From Minisyncoccota bacterium (GTDB taxonomy: Bacteria > Patescibacteriota > Minisyncoccia > UBA6257 > GWB1-50-10): a stretch of 64,000 nucleotides of DNA. The position numbers and the translations under genes were made by a program. Location: NCBI GenBank assembly GCA_020059585.1, contig JAGVBU010000004.1, forward strand, positions 16,835-80,834, given 5' to 3'. A model generated the notes under the pieces. That model made no database searches. It was given only the letters and a program-made list of their open reading frames with translations, and had not been told where the DNA came from. Below are positions 36,459 to 47,700 of the stretch, piece by piece; the stretch's first letter is position 1, and every line of letters begins with the position of its first letter.

Positions 36459-37016
36459 ATGAAACAGCTTCATAATGAAGAACATGGCGGAGAAAGAAAA
36501 TGGTATGCGGTGCACACTTATTCTGGATACGAAGATGCGGTGGCGCGATATCTGAAACAGCGCGTTGAATCGCTTCTTATGGGTGACAAAATATTCGACG
36601 TGGTAGTTCCAAAGGAAGTGAAAATAAAAGTGAAGAACGGAAAACGTACAACGCAAGAAGAAAAGATATATCCAGGATATGTCCTTGTGGATATGGTTAT
36701 GAACCATGATTCGTGGTCTGTGGTGCGGAACACTCCTCGTGTTACGGGATTTGTGGGAGCGGATTCAACGACACCGACGCCACTTTCAACCGAGGAAATA
36801 AAGGAACTTATGGAGCGTATGGGACCGAAAGATCCAAAATTCAATGTCGATTTTAAGAAAGATGATCTTGTGAAAATAATCGACGGACCTTTCAAGGAAT
36901 ACGAGGGGAAGGTTTCTGAGGTGGACGATGAGCGTGGAAAATTAAAAGTGCTTGTATCTATTTTCAACAGAGATACCGTCGTAGAGATAGACTCATTGCA
37001 AGTAAAGAAAGTTTAA
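36459..37016 (+). CDS. nusG: Transcription termination/antitermination factor NusG
   Basis: WYAVHTYSGYE, YPGYVLV.M, VRNTPRVTGFVG, KOW motif. Confidence 0.97.
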   Translation: MKQLHNEEHGGERKWYAVHTYSGYEDAVARYLKQRVESLLMGDKIFDVVVPKEVKIKVKNGKRTTQEEKIYPGYVLVDMVMNHDSWSVVRNTPRVTGFVGADSTTPTPLSTEEIKELMERMGPKDPKFNVDFKKDDLVKIIDGPFKEYEGKVSEVDDERGKLKVLVSIFNRDTVVEIDSLQVKKV

Positions 37017-37033
37017 GGTAGTATCATTCCGTT

Positions 37034-37459
37034 ATGGCAAAACCAATTAAAACAGTATTAAAACTTCAGATTGAGGCGGGAAAGGCGAATCCCGCGCCGC
37101 CTATTGGACCGGCGTTGGGGCAGCACGGAGTGAATATCCAGCAGTTCTGCCAGCAGTTTAATGAGGCGACGAAAGATATGATGGGTGATGTGGTCCCCGC
37201 GGAGATTACGATCTACGATGACCGAACCTTCGACTTCAAGCTCAAAACATCTCCGTCTTCAGCGCTTTTGAAGAAATATGCCGGAGTCCCAAAGGGATCG
37301 CCGGTGCCTCATAAGCAGAAGGTGGGAAAGGTGACAAAAGCACAGCTTCGTGAGATTGCCGAGAAAAAGATGATTGACCTGAATGCTCGCGATGTTGATG
37401 CGGGAATGAAAATCATCGAAGGGAGCGCGCGAAATATGGGAATCGAGATAGTCGATTAA
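37034..37459 (+). CDS. rplK: 50S ribosomal protein L11
   Basis: [33 protein letters not shown]. Confidence 0.97.
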   Translation: MAKPIKTVLKLQIEAGKANPAPPIGPALGQHGVNIQQFCQQFNEATKDMMGDVVPAEITIYDDRTFDFKLKTSPSSALLKKYAGVPKGSPVPHKQKVGKVTKAQLREIAEKKMIDLNARDVDAGMKIIEGSARNMGIEIVD

Positions 37460-37491
37460 CGTATTTTGGGAAAGAGCAACGGGAACAGGGT

Positions 37492-37527
37492 ACCCAGCCA
37501 TTCTACGGAATGGCTGGGTTTTTGTTT
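37492..37527 (+). terminator. Intrinsic terminator directly after rplK
   Basis: ACCCAGCCATTC-TACG-GAATGGCTGGGT followed by TTTTGTTT. Confidence 0.8.
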
Positions 37528-37589
37528 GACGAAAAATCATTGTATGTGGGAGAATGAATGAAGATAAAATTTACAAGAGAGGATATCAC

Positions 37590-38402
37590 ATGAAAAAAGG
37601 AAAATTCATTCTTCTTGAAAGCCTTACCTGCGGTGGCAAGGGGGTGCAAGCGAAAAAAATAAAAACCCACCTCGTATCCAAGGGGATTCCCGCGATGGTA
37701 TACGCGGAACCAACCTCAAGCAGTAAGATCGGAATAATCATACGGAAACTGATTGAAAAACAGCGTATTGAAGAATCGTTCATACGGAACTCCTTTGTTC
37801 CTGAAATGCTCGGATATATCGTTGCGCTTGGGGTATCTGGCGTGTTTCTCAAGGGGGTCGAAAGAAACGACGTAGTGAAGGAATTCGCCGGTCTTTTGAA
37901 CAACGCCATGGTGAAGGTGAATAACTCTGAGAAGTTGACGAATAGAGAGCTTCAGGCGCTCTATGTTGCCGATAGACATCTCGATTTAAGAGAAAATATC
38001 ATTCCTGCTCTGAAAAAAGGGATATGGGTTGTTCAGGATCGTTATGATCGGAGCACGATGGCGTTTGGAAAAGCATTTGGAGGCGTCACGATAGAAGAGG
38101 TATATAAATGGCATCTCCATGCGATAGGAAAGGAATATCTCCTTCCTGATTATGATTTTTTCATCAAAATAGATCCTAGAACGGCAATGGACCGCCTTCA
38201 GAAAGACGGAAAGGTGAAGGATCAGTTTGAGCAGAAGCTCGATGGTCTTGTCAGGACTGCTCTCGCGTACGAAGAGGCAAATGCTTTTATGAATACACAG
38301 TACGCAATTCAGGATCCGCCAAGAGACCCCGTGATTGTCGTCGACGGAGAAAATGACGAAGATGGAGTATTCAAAGAAATAATCTCCCACATGGGTATTT
38401 AA
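37590..38402 (+). CDS. tmk: Thymidylate kinase-like protein with an atypical P-loop and an insertion
   Basis: GKFI.LE, EPT...IG..IR, L..ADR, I.PAL..G.WV..DRY..ST.A, PD..F. Confidence 0.8.
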   Translation: MKKGKFILLESLTCGGKGVQAKKIKTHLVSKGIPAMVYAEPTSSSKIGIIIRKLIEKQRIEESFIRNSFVPEMLGYIVALGVSGVFLKGVERNDVVKEFAGLLNNAMVKVNNSEKLTNRELQALYVADRHLDLRENIIPALKKGIWVVQDRYDRSTMAFGKAFGGVTIEEVYKWHLHAIGKEYLLPDYDFFIKIDPRTAMDRLQKDGKVKDQFEQKLDGLVRTALAYEEANAFMNTQYAIQDPPRDPVIVVDGENDEDGVFKEIISHMGI

Positions 38403-38482
38403 TAACAATCCCGCCTCATCAGCGGGATTTTAATATAAGGATTCTTTATCTTTATAAGGATTCTGGTGTATGATAAAAAACG

Positions 38483-39922
38483 ATGAATTACATTCCCATA
38501 ATAGGACTTGAAATACACGTGGAACTTGGCACAAAAAGCAAGATGTTTTGTATGTGTCCGAATGACCCGTTCGAAAAAAAACCGAACGAAAATACGTGTC
38601 CCGTGTGTCTTGGGCATCCAGGAACTCTCCCTGTAATAAATCAGGAGGCGGTGCGGCGGGTAATTATGCTCGGATGCGCGATAAACGCGACCATTGCGCA
38701 TGAATCGCATTTCGACAGGAAGAGTTATTTTTATCCCGATCTTCCCAAAGGATATCAGATTTCACAATATGATCACCCGCTTGTTGAGGGGGGGATTCTC
38801 GCGGGAGTGCGCGTGAAGAGGGTTCACCTCGAAGAAGATACGGGCAAACTTCTTCATGATATTCCCGGATACACGCCTCATAAACCGACCACATTCGTGG
38901 ATTTTAATCGCGCGGGAGTTCCTCTTATGGAACTCGTTACCGAACCTGATATCAAAAGCGGAGAAGAGACAATGAGTTTTGCGAGAGAGCTCCAGAGAAT
39001 TCTCAGGTATCTTGGTATTTCTGATGCGGATATGGAAAAGGGACAAATGCGTATTGAGGTCAATATTTCACTCATGAAAGAGGATGCGGAGGAATTTGGA
39101 ACAAAAGTAGAGGTTAAAAACATAAATTCGTTCAAGGCCGCCGCGGACGCGGTCCGTTATGAGATGGATCGTCAAGGGGAAATTCTTGAGCGTGGCGGCG
39201 TGATAACTCAGGAAACGAGAGGATGGGACGACGTGCGGGGAATCACGGTAAGCCAGCGATCAAAGGAATCGGCTCATGATTATCGTTATTTTCCCGAGCC
39301 TGATCTTCCGCCTATGTCCTTTTCCGAAGAATATATCAACGAAATAAAAAGAAGCATTCCCGAATTACCTCAGGCAAAACGGGAGCGTTTTATGCGAGAA
39401 TTCGGAATTCTCTCTTCACAAGCAGACGATCTCGTTGACGAGAGGGATCTCGCGGATTATTTTGAATCCGCCGTATCAGAGCTTTTGAAGATGAACTCTG
39501 AACCGAATTTCAGTCTCATGCTCAACTATCTTGTGAGTGATATGAAGGGAATTCTTAAGTCGGAAGGAAAGAACATAGGTGATACGAACATTTCTCCGGA
39601 ACATTTTGCGCGTCTTATTGCGCTTATCCAGAAAGGGGAATTATCGAGTAGAATGGCAAAAGACATTCTTTTTAAAATGCACGTTTCGGGAGATGGTCCT
39701 GAGGAAATTATCTCCTCCGAGGGGATGAAATTTGTGAGTGATGACAACGCGCTCCTTCCTGTCATTGTCGAAATAATAGAAAAAAACGAAAAAGCCGTTT
39801 CGGACTATAAAAAAGGAAAACCCGCCTCACTCCAGTTCCTCGTAGGTCAGGCGATGGCGAGAATGAGAGGTCAGGCGGATCCCGAAAGATTAAGAAACCT
39901 TTTTGAAAAAGAACTCTCCTAA
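38483..39922 (+). CDS. gatB: Asp/Glu-tRNA amidotransferase subunit B
   Basis: IGLEIHVEL, CPVCLG.PGTLP, RKSYFYPDLPKGYQISQ, DFNRAG.PL.E.VTEP, YRYFPEPDLP. Confidence 0.97.
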   Translation: MNYIPIIGLEIHVELGTKSKMFCMCPNDPFEKKPNENTCPVCLGHPGTLPVINQEAVRRVIMLGCAINATIAHESHFDRKSYFYPDLPKGYQISQYDHPLVEGGILAGVRVKRVHLEEDTGKLLHDIPGYTPHKPTTFVDFNRAGVPLMELVTEPDIKSGEETMSFARELQRILRYLGISDADMEKGQMRIEVNISLMKEDAEEFGTKVEVKNINSFKAAADAVRYEMDRQGEILERGGVITQETRGWDDVRGITVSQRSKESAHDYRYFPEPDLPPMSFSEEYINEIKRSIPELPQAKRERFMREFGILSSQADDLVDERDLADYFESAVSELLKMNSEPNFSLMLNYLVSDMKGILKSEGKNIGDTNISPEHFARLIALIQKGELSSRMAKDILFKMHVSGDGPEEIISSEGMKFVSDDNALLPVIVEIIEKNEKAVSDYKKGKPASLQFLVGQAMARMRGQADPERLRNLFEKELS

Positions 39923-40866
39923 GAACGGCGTTCTTTGCATATACGCAGAAGTTTCTCCACGACGATTCTTTCAGCATCTTTTCCATTTTGCGCCCATAAG
40001 ATGTTTTTATTTCTTTTAAACCACGTCATCTGTCGTTTCGCGTACGCGAAGATTTCTCTCTCAAGCGCGTCCAATGCGCGTGTTTTTTCCATCCGTCCTC
40101 TGAGATATCGCGCGATGTATCTATATTCAAGACCAAGCGCCTCAAATTTTTTCCATGATACCCCTGATTTTTTCAACGTTTCAATTTCGCGAATCATTCC
40201 CGCTTGAATTCTTTTTAAGAGTCTCGCGTGTATTCTTTCGCGAAGTATCTTGTTTCCGGGATAAATACCCACGAAAATTACATCCGCATCAAGAGGATTT
40301 TTTCTTAGAGGAGGCACCATACCGAGCGCGGACGCAATTTCTATCGCTCGTATGAGTCTGACTGGATTTTTTTTGTCTATCGACCGAGCGCGCGCGGGAT
40401 CTTTTTTTATAAGTATCGCATAGAGATCATCTAATGATTTCGTTGAAAGATTTTTTCTTAACGTGGGATTTGGCGGGACGTTCGGGATTAGAAGCCCATC
40501 CACAAGCGCGTCAATGTAAAATCCGGTTCCCCCGCATACGATAGCGATTTTATTCTTTCGAAATATTGTTTCCGCGGCGCGTTTCGCCTTTTTCTGATAA
40601 TCGGCGACACTATATATATTTTTTTTCGGTGAAATCACATCGAGAAGATGGTGGGGAATCCCGCGCATCTCGCGCTTCGTGATTTTTCCGGTGCCTATAT
40701 CCATCTTTTTATATACCTGCCGGGAATCCGCGGAAATTATTTCCGCGCCGGCAACACCCATCTTTTTCCCGTTCTTTTCTATGAATTTCGCGATCGAAAC
40801 CGCGCAATCCGATTTTCCGGTTGCGGTCGGTCCCACAATCGCTATCACCACGGGTTTTATTGACAT
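39919..40866 (-). CDS. miaA: tRNA dimethylallyltransferase
   Basis: GPTATGKS, IISADSRQVY..MDIGTGK, GGTGFY, YAKRQMTWF. Confidence 0.96.
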   Translation of the reverse strand: MSIKPVVIAIVGPTATGKSDCAVSIAKFIEKNGKKMGVAGAEIISADSRQVYKKMDIGTGKITKREMRGIPHHLLDVISPKKNIYSVADYQKKAKRAAETIFRKNKIAIVCGGTGFYIDALVDGLLIPNVPPNPTLRKNLSTKSLDDLYAILIKKDPARARSIDKKNPVRLIRAIEIASALGMVPPLRKNPLDADVIFVGIYPGNKILRERIHARLLKRIQAGMIREIETLKKSGVSWKKFEALGLEYRYIARYLRGRMEKTRALDALEREIFAYAKRQMTWFKRNKNILWAQNGKDAERIVVEKLLRICKERRS

Positions 40867-41068
40867 ATTTTCATATTATTCATATACTCTACATCAGCAA
40901 CTGTTCAAAACAAAAGGGGACTGCATGAGAATCATCATATGTTCTCCATTGCTCCGTTTCCTTGGAAAAGACAAGGGCACGCGCGTAAGGCGATGCGTTT
41001 CCCGTAAAAGAAAATGCGGAAGGCACACAGGACACTTTTTTACGGGATTCACTTGACGGCGCTTTACT

Positions 41069-41254
41069 CTATTTTATTTTTTTTAATCTTCCTTCAGACA
41101 AACTATCTGGAGGATTATTTTTAATCGAGGAGGATTCTTTATGGAATATAAAAAAATGCTTTCTGCGGCGTTCGGATTCGGAGTATTCGTGTTTTTGTTC
41201 AGGCGCAGAAAAAGGATCCTTTCGGGGACCGATATCGATGACTTGATGTATCAT
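41069..41254 (-). CDS. Possible small orphan protein
   Basis: 61-aa ORF in the thrS-miaA gap; no recognisable motif. Confidence 0.3.
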   Translation of the reverse strand: MIHQVIDIGPRKDPFSAPEQKHEYSESERRRKHFFIFHKESSSIKNNPPDSLSEGRLKKIK

Positions 41255-41265
41255 TCGTAAATAGG

Positions 41266-41293
41266 AAATAACCCTGATGTATCAGGGTTATTT
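41266..41293 (-). terminator. Inverted repeat at the thrS stop, probable terminator
   Basis: AAATAACCCTGAT-GT-ATCAGGGTTATTT. Confidence 0.6.
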
Positions 41294-43120
41294 TTTTTCG
41301 CGTATTTTTTCGAACAGTTCTTCGGAAAATTCGCGTAGAGCCTTTGTTTCCGTGTCTTTTCTTCCTCGAGTTCTTACGTTCACCGTTTCTGAGGATTCCT
41401 CTTTTTCTCCCACGACGAGAATATACGGCATCTTCATAAGTTCATTTTCTCGAATGCGTTTTCCAAGTGTCTCATTTGCCTCTCCGAGAGACGTTCGTAT
41501 TCCGCGTTCTGTAAGGTTTTTTTTCACCTTTTCCGCGTATGACATAAATTTTTCACTCACGGGAAGAATTGATACCTGAATAGGAGAAAGCCACACGGGG
41601 AATGCTCCCGCGTAATGCTCGATAAGAAGACCTATGAAGCGCTCATAAGAGCCAAAAAGCGCCCTGTGAAGCATAAACGGTTGCTCATTTTTTCCCTTGT
41701 CATTTACAAAAGACATATCGAATCGCGCGGGAAGATTAAAGTCGAATTGGAGCGTGGAACATTGCCATTCCCGTCCGAGCGCGTCCTTCACTTTGAAATC
41801 TAGTTTTGGACCGTAGAAAGCCGCTTCTCCTATCTCTTCTTTGAAATCAAGCTTTTTTTCCTTGGCTACTTTTCTCAGGATATTTTCAGTGAATTTCCAT
41901 CCTTCATCGTTTCCCGCGTATTTCTTTTTGTTTTTCGGATCGCGGAGAGAGAGATATACTTTTACCGTGTCCGTGGAAAATCCGAATGAATGATAAATAA
42001 AAAGAATAAAATCTATGACTTTTTTTAGCTCATCTTCAACCTGATCTTTTCTGCATATAATATGCGCATCGTCCTGCGTGAATCCTCTGACTCTTGTGAG
42101 TCCCGAGAGTTCTCCTTTTTTTTCAAAACGATATACCGTTCCGCATTCCGCCCATCGGTACGCGAGATCGCGATATGATCGTATCGAATTCTTGTATATC
42201 TGCACGTGAAAAGGGCAGTTCATCGGCTTGAGAAGATATTCCTCCGAGTGATCGGCTTTCTCCTGTTTTTGGCGTTCTTCGAGGGTTTGTCCAACCTCTA
42301 TCGGTGGATACATTGATTTGTTGTAAAACCCCCAATGTCCGGAGATTTCCCACAACGCCCTGTTTCCTATATGAGGCGTTCTCACCAGCTCATATCCGTT
42401 CTTTATGTGTTCTTCATACCAGAAATCCTCTATAACTCTCCAAAGAATCGCTCCTTTCGGATGCCAAAGCGGAAGTCCGAGTCCAACGGTTTCATCGATA
42501 TGAAAAAGATCTAGTTCTTTTCCGAGTTTTCGATGATCGCGTTTCTCCGCTTCTTTGAGCATTTCACGATATTCGTTAAGCTCTTTTTTTCCCTTGAATG
42601 AGAGTCCGTAGATTCTGGTAAGCATCTTATTTTTCTCATCTCCCCGCCAGTATGCTCCCGCAAGATGCGTGAGCGCGAATCCGTCCGCGGGAATCTCTTT
42701 TGTGTTTTTCACGTGGGGTCCGGAACATAAATCGACGAAAACCACCTCTCTCTTTTTTCCGGTACCGCGCGCGGTTTCGTATATGGAGATGGGGGATTTT
42801 TTCTTCTTGAGCTCTTCAATAAGTTCGAGTTTATATCGGTTTTTAGCAAAAAGCTTTTTCGCCTGCGGGTAGGTGATGCTCTTTTTTGAAAAGGAAAGAC
42901 CTTCTTGCGCGAGTTCGCGCACTCTTTTTTCAAGCGCTTCAAGTTCCGTTTCGGAAATAGGCGAAGAAAAATCGAAATCATAATAGAATCCATGCTCAAT
43001 AACAGGACCTATGCCGAGGAGGGTATTTGGGCGCTTTTCCAAAATTGCCGTCGCGAGAAGATGGGAAAGTGAATGGCGAACCTTGTGGATTATAAGCTCT
43101 TCTTCGTTTCTTTTCTGCAT
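41288..43120 (-). CDS. thrS: Threonine--tRNA ligase (no N-terminal TGS domain)
   Basis: RHSLSH, DLC.GPH, GAYWRGD, RDHRKLG, KPMNCPFH, GLTRVRGFTQDDAH, AFYGPK.D. Confidence 0.97.
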   Translation of the reverse strand: MQKRNEEELIIHKVRHSLSHLLATAILEKRPNTLLGIGPVIEHGFYYDFDFSSPISETELEALEKRVRELAQEGLSFSKKSITYPQAKKLFAKNRYKLELIEELKKKKSPISIYETARGTGKKREVVFVDLCSGPHVKNTKEIPADGFALTHLAGAYWRGDEKNKMLTRIYGLSFKGKKELNEYREMLKEAEKRDHRKLGKELDLFHIDETVGLGLPLWHPKGAILWRVIEDFWYEEHIKNGYELVRTPHIGNRALWEISGHWGFYNKSMYPPIEVGQTLEERQKQEKADHSEEYLLKPMNCPFHVQIYKNSIRSYRDLAYRWAECGTVYRFEKKGELSGLTRVRGFTQDDAHIICRKDQVEDELKKVIDFILFIYHSFGFSTDTVKVYLSLRDPKNKKKYAGNDEGWKFTENILRKVAKEKKLDFKEEIGEAAFYGPKLDFKVKDALGREWQCSTLQFDFNLPARFDMSFVNDKGKNEQPFMLHRALFGSYERFIGLLIEHYAGAFPVWLSPIQVSILPVSEKFMSYAEKVKKNLTERGIRTSLGEANETLGKRIRENELMKMPYILVVGEKEESSETVNVRTRGRKDTETKALREFSEELFEKIREKK

Positions 43121-43160
43121 ATAAGAAGATTGTATCAGGAAAAAAGAGAAAATGGGAGAT

Positions 43161-44705
43161 TTATGGCGTGGGGGAGATTTTTACGAGTGAAGGAATAAAA
43201 TAGGGGTCGGCGTTGAGTGCCATTCTCCAATATTCTTCGGCGCGCTCTCTGTCGCGTAGCTCTTCATATACATTCCCCGAATTATGGTATGGAATCGGAT
43301 TCTCAGGATCAAGCGCGATCGCGCGTCCGTATGCGTAGAGCGCGTCTTTATAAGAACCGTTTTCCGCGTATGCCATGCCGAGATTGTTCCACACACGAAG
43401 ACTTTTTGGCGCGTGACGCAAGGTTTGTTCGTAGAAAGTGATCGCGTCTTTCCAGTCCGTATTCCTTATTACGGTTCTTATTCCAATCGCGATAATCCAT
43501 GCGCTAAGAAGAATAATTCCCACAATTTTCATCCATTGTGCCGTTTTTTTCAGATTCCATAGTTCATCTATTCCCGCGGCAAAAAACAAAAAGAATCCGA
43601 CGATGGGCGCATACATATAATGTTCAAATATAATGCCGGCAACGGGAACGAATATTCCTGATGCGGGGAAGATCGCGATTGCAAAGAAAAGAAGCGCGAA
43701 AGAATACTCGGGTTTCTTTTTAAAGCGTATGGCTGCAAAAAATGACGCAATGAGCGTGACGCACATTCCTATAAGCGTCTTTACGTGAAATAGTGATGCG
43801 ACCACCGCGACATTTTCCGTTCGTTCCATAAAGAGTGTTTTTGGAAATATAAGAAGAGAGAGATATTCGGGGATGACGGAGAAAAATGTGAATACTCGCG
43901 CGAGAATGTGTGTGGTGTAGTAATTCTCCAAATTATAGATATTGAACGTATTTTCAAAATTAAGTACGGTACCGCGGAGAAAGAGATATATTCCCGCGAT
44001 GAGAAAGAAGGGAAGAAGGGAGAGAACTGATTCTTGTATTTGATATTCCGCGCTCCTCTCTTTTTTTATGGAATGCCAGAATTCAACAAGAAGAAGAAAG
44101 GCGGGAAAAATAACGGACCGTTCTTTTGAGAGAAGGGCAAGAAGGAAGGATATGAGCGCCAAAAAGAAGAAAAGAAGTCTTTTGTTATTTTTCTCCCTAT
44201 ACTCATGGTACGCGTATATACCGATAAGAATGAAGAAAAAGGACACAGGATCACCGAGTCCGGATACATAGGTCACTGCCTCCGTTTGGAGCGGATGCAC
44301 GAGGAACACAAGCGATACGAGAAAAATAAGCCATGTTCGTATATTTACCGTCCGTTTCAAAAGAAAAAAAACAAGAAGCGCATTTATGAAGTGGATGAAA
44401 AAGTTCGTAAAATGGAATCCCGGTGTCCACGCTTCCCACAGTTTCCATTGGGTGGAATAGATGATGAGGAGCAAGGGGCGCCAGTAGTTGCTTTCAAGAC
44501 CTGCTCCCGCAATGAGATTTTCAGAAAAGAACTTTTCTATGTGGAAATTGCGGACATATTCGTTATGCAGTATGCCGTCGTAGTCATCCCAAAACATTCC
44601 ATTGCCGAAGGAGTGCGCGTAGACCGCGATTCCCGCGACAAAGAGCGTGAGCACTATAAGCGCCACAACATGAGAACGAGCAAATTCATACATTTTTTGA
44701 ACCAT
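43161..44705 (-). CDS. TMTC-like GT-C membrane glycosyltransferase with C-terminal TPRs
   Basis: 'FWDD', 'YWRPL', 'HPLQTEAV.Y.SG', 'LLSKE', 'E.YMY.P', and TPR 'NNLG.AY...G'. Confidence 0.85.
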   Translation of the reverse strand: MVQKMYEFARSHVVALIVLTLFVAGIAVYAHSFGNGMFWDDYDGILHNEYVRNFHIEKFFSENLIAGAGLESNYWRPLLLIIYSTQWKLWEAWTPGFHFTNFFIHFINALLVFFLLKRTVNIRTWLIFLVSLVFLVHPLQTEAVTYVSGLGDPVSFFFILIGIYAYHEYREKNNKRLLFFFLALISFLLALLSKERSVIFPAFLLLVEFWHSIKKERSAEYQIQESVLSLLPFFLIAGIYLFLRGTVLNFENTFNIYNLENYYTTHILARVFTFFSVIPEYLSLLIFPKTLFMERTENVAVVASLFHVKTLIGMCVTLIASFFAAIRFKKKPEYSFALLFFAIAIFPASGIFVPVAGIIFEHYMYAPIVGFFLFFAAGIDELWNLKKTAQWMKIVGIILLSAWIIAIGIRTVIRNTDWKDAITFYEQTLRHAPKSLRVWNNLGMAYAENGSYKDALYAYGRAIALDPENPIPYHNSGNVYEELRDRERAEEYWRMALNADPYFIPSLVKISPTP

Positions 44706-44712
44706 GATTTTT

Positions 44713-47700
44713 CTAAACTCTTTTCACGTCGTCGCAGATAAATTTCGGATCACCTCCCTTCCACGAAGTGCGTCCGCTTGCGAGTACGACACGTCCCTCT
44801 TCCCAGAGCGTCTGCGTTTTTTCGAGTACGCGAGGAAACACAAGGAGTTCTATAGCGCTTGTAGTGTCCTCAATAAGCACAAAAAGCATGGGATCTCCTT
44901 TTTTTGTAAGTATTTTATGGACATTTGAAACGACGCCCGCTGTTTTTGTCCTCGATCCTATCGTGTCCGCGCTATGGGGTGTATTCTGTATTTCACGAAT
45001 TGTCTTCACTGAACTACCAAATTTTCCGCTATACGCGCTGAAAGGATGATCGGTAAGATAAAATCCGAGAAGTTCTTTTTCCCATCCAAGCGTCGCATTC
45101 TTTGATGCTGGTTTTGCGGGACGCATGCGGAGGGATGCGAGCGTTGCTGATCCGCTTCCAAATAAACTCGATTGATTTGATGATGCCATTTTTTTCGCGG
45201 CCTGATTAAATTTAAGAAGTTCTTCTATGTTTTCAAGCGCTTGTCCGCGCTCAAGTCCCATAGAATCGAATGATCCGCTTTTTATAAGACTTTCGAGGGA
45301 TTTTTTATTCATATCGCGATGCTTCATTCTCGAAAGAAAATCGGTAAGGTTCGCGAATTCTCCGCTTCGTCCTCGTTCTTCTATGATAAAATTCACAATA
45401 TTTGCCCCGACATTTTTCACGGCAAGAAGTCCGAATCGTATATTGCCTCCGTCTGCGGTGAAATCCTGGAAGCTTTGGTTTATGTCGGGCGGAAGTACTT
45501 TAATGCCAAGTCTTCTCGCCTCATTTACGAGAAAATTCACTCGTTCCACTTCGGTACCTGAAATATTGAGAAGGCTCGTCATAAATTCCACCGGATAGCG
45601 CGATTTAAGATACGCGGTCTGATAGCTTATCATCGCGTAACATGCCGCGTGGCTGCGGTTAAATCCGTAGCGGGCGAATGGGGGAAAGAGGTCCCAGATT
45701 TCTTCGGCGCTCTTTTTGTCTATTCCGTTTTTTATCATGCCCGCAATCAATTTTTCCCGTTGTTCATCGAGAAGTTCTTTTATTTTTTTCCCTATTGCTT
45801 TTCGAAGCGTATCCGCTTCCGCGAGCGAATATCCCGCGAGATCGCGCGCGATGCGCATCATTTGTTCCTGATAGATACCAACACCGTATGTTTTTTTGAG
45901 TATCGGCTCAAGAAGAGGATGCAAATACGTCACTTCTTCTTTTCCAAACTTTCGCGCGATATAGGAAGGAATAAGTTCCATGGGTCCGGGACGATAGAGA
46001 GAAACCATCGCGATGATGTCCTCGAGTTCCGACGGTTTCAGTTCCTTGAGATATCGGCGCATTCCAGAAGACTCAAGTTGAAAGACTCCCGTGGTTTCTC
46101 CATGTTGCAGAAGTTCGAATGTTTTTTTGTCATCGAGTGGAATGCGATCGATATCGATCGAAATACCGTGATTATTTTTTATAAGCTTCAGTGTTTTTTC
46201 AATAATAGTAAGGTTCTTGAGTCCCAGAAAATCCATCTTAAGGAGTCCAAGATCTTCAACGGCGTGCATTTCGAATTGAGTAATGACGGTATTTTCTCCC
46301 TGAGGCGCCTTCTGAAGCGGAAGATATTCAGTAAGGGGATGCGCGGAAACCACCACGCCGCATGCGTGCACTGATGCGTGCCGGACGGTTCCTTCGAGAC
46401 GTATTGCCGCGTTAATGAGTCTTTGGGCGTCCGCGGTGGTATCGTAAAGGTGTTTGAGTTCAGGTACGGTTTCAAGCGCTTTTTTAAGGGGAGTCGCGGG
46501 AGCGGTGAATGGAATAAGCTTCGCGATTTGATCGCAGAACCCATATGAGAGCCCCATCGCGCGCCCCGCGTCACGTATCGCGGCGCGGGAAAGCATTGTT
46601 CCAAATGTGATAATTTGCGCGACGTGGTCGGCACCGTATTTTTCACGTACGTACGAGAGTACCTCGTCGCGCCGCGTATCCGTAAAATCAACATCAATAT
46701 CGGGGACCTGAATGCGATCGGGGTTTAAGAAGCGTTCAAAAAGGAGATCATATGCGAGTGGATCAATGTTTGTGATACCGAGTATATATGACACGATGCT
46801 TCCCGCGGCAGAACCGCGTCCCGGCCCCACGACAATGCCGTGCGTTTTCGCCCAATTAATATAATCCTGAACAATAAGGAAATAGTCGGCAAATCCCGTC
46901 TTTTCGATGACGGAAATTTCACTAAGGATGCGTTCATTGACGACGTCATTCGGGTTGGGATAACGGTCTTTTGTTCGTTCCGCGACAAGTTTTTTCAGGT
47001 ATTCAAACGATGATGATTCTCCCTCGGGAAGGGGGAATGAGGGGAGTTTTGTTTTTCCCAATTCTATCTCAAGCGAACATTTTTCCGTGATTTCTTGCGT
47101 TGCCGCGATTGCCTCAGGCGTATCTCTGAATATGGAGATCATCTCTTCTCCCGAGAGGAGTGAAATATCAAATTTTTTCAGACTTAGGCGGTCCTCGTCA
47201 TCAAGCTTGCTGTTTGTCTGTACCGCAAGAAGAATCTCGTGCGCGGTTTGATCTTCCTTGTGTACGTAGTGTATATCCTGCGTTGCGACGAGAGGCACGC
47301 CAATTTTTTTCGAGAGAGCGATAATAAGCGGATTCAATTCGGGAGTGTGAGGTTGTATCTCAAGATAGAAATCGGATCCGAATAAAGAATGGTACCATCG
47401 CGCAACTTGCTCCGCTTCGTCGTGTCTTCCATGCGAAAGGAGTTTTGCTATTTCTCCAGAGAAACATCCGGAAAGGCACACGAGTCCTTCGTGATATTTT
47501 TCGAGAAGAGGTTTATCGATTCGGGGTTTATAATAGAACCCTTCGAGATAAGAATGAGTAACGAGCTTAAGGAGATTTTTCCATCCTGTATTGTTTTTAA
47601 CAAGAAGCACCAGATGATAGCGCGTTTCGTCGACTTTGGGTCTTTTGTTCTCGAGTCCGTTTGGCGCTACGTACGCTTCAACTCCGAGAATCGGTTTGAT

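Noticed and set aside
40925-41056. 43-aa basic ORF with AAGGGGA upstream
   Set aside because: Too short and featureless to support as a gene without conservation data.
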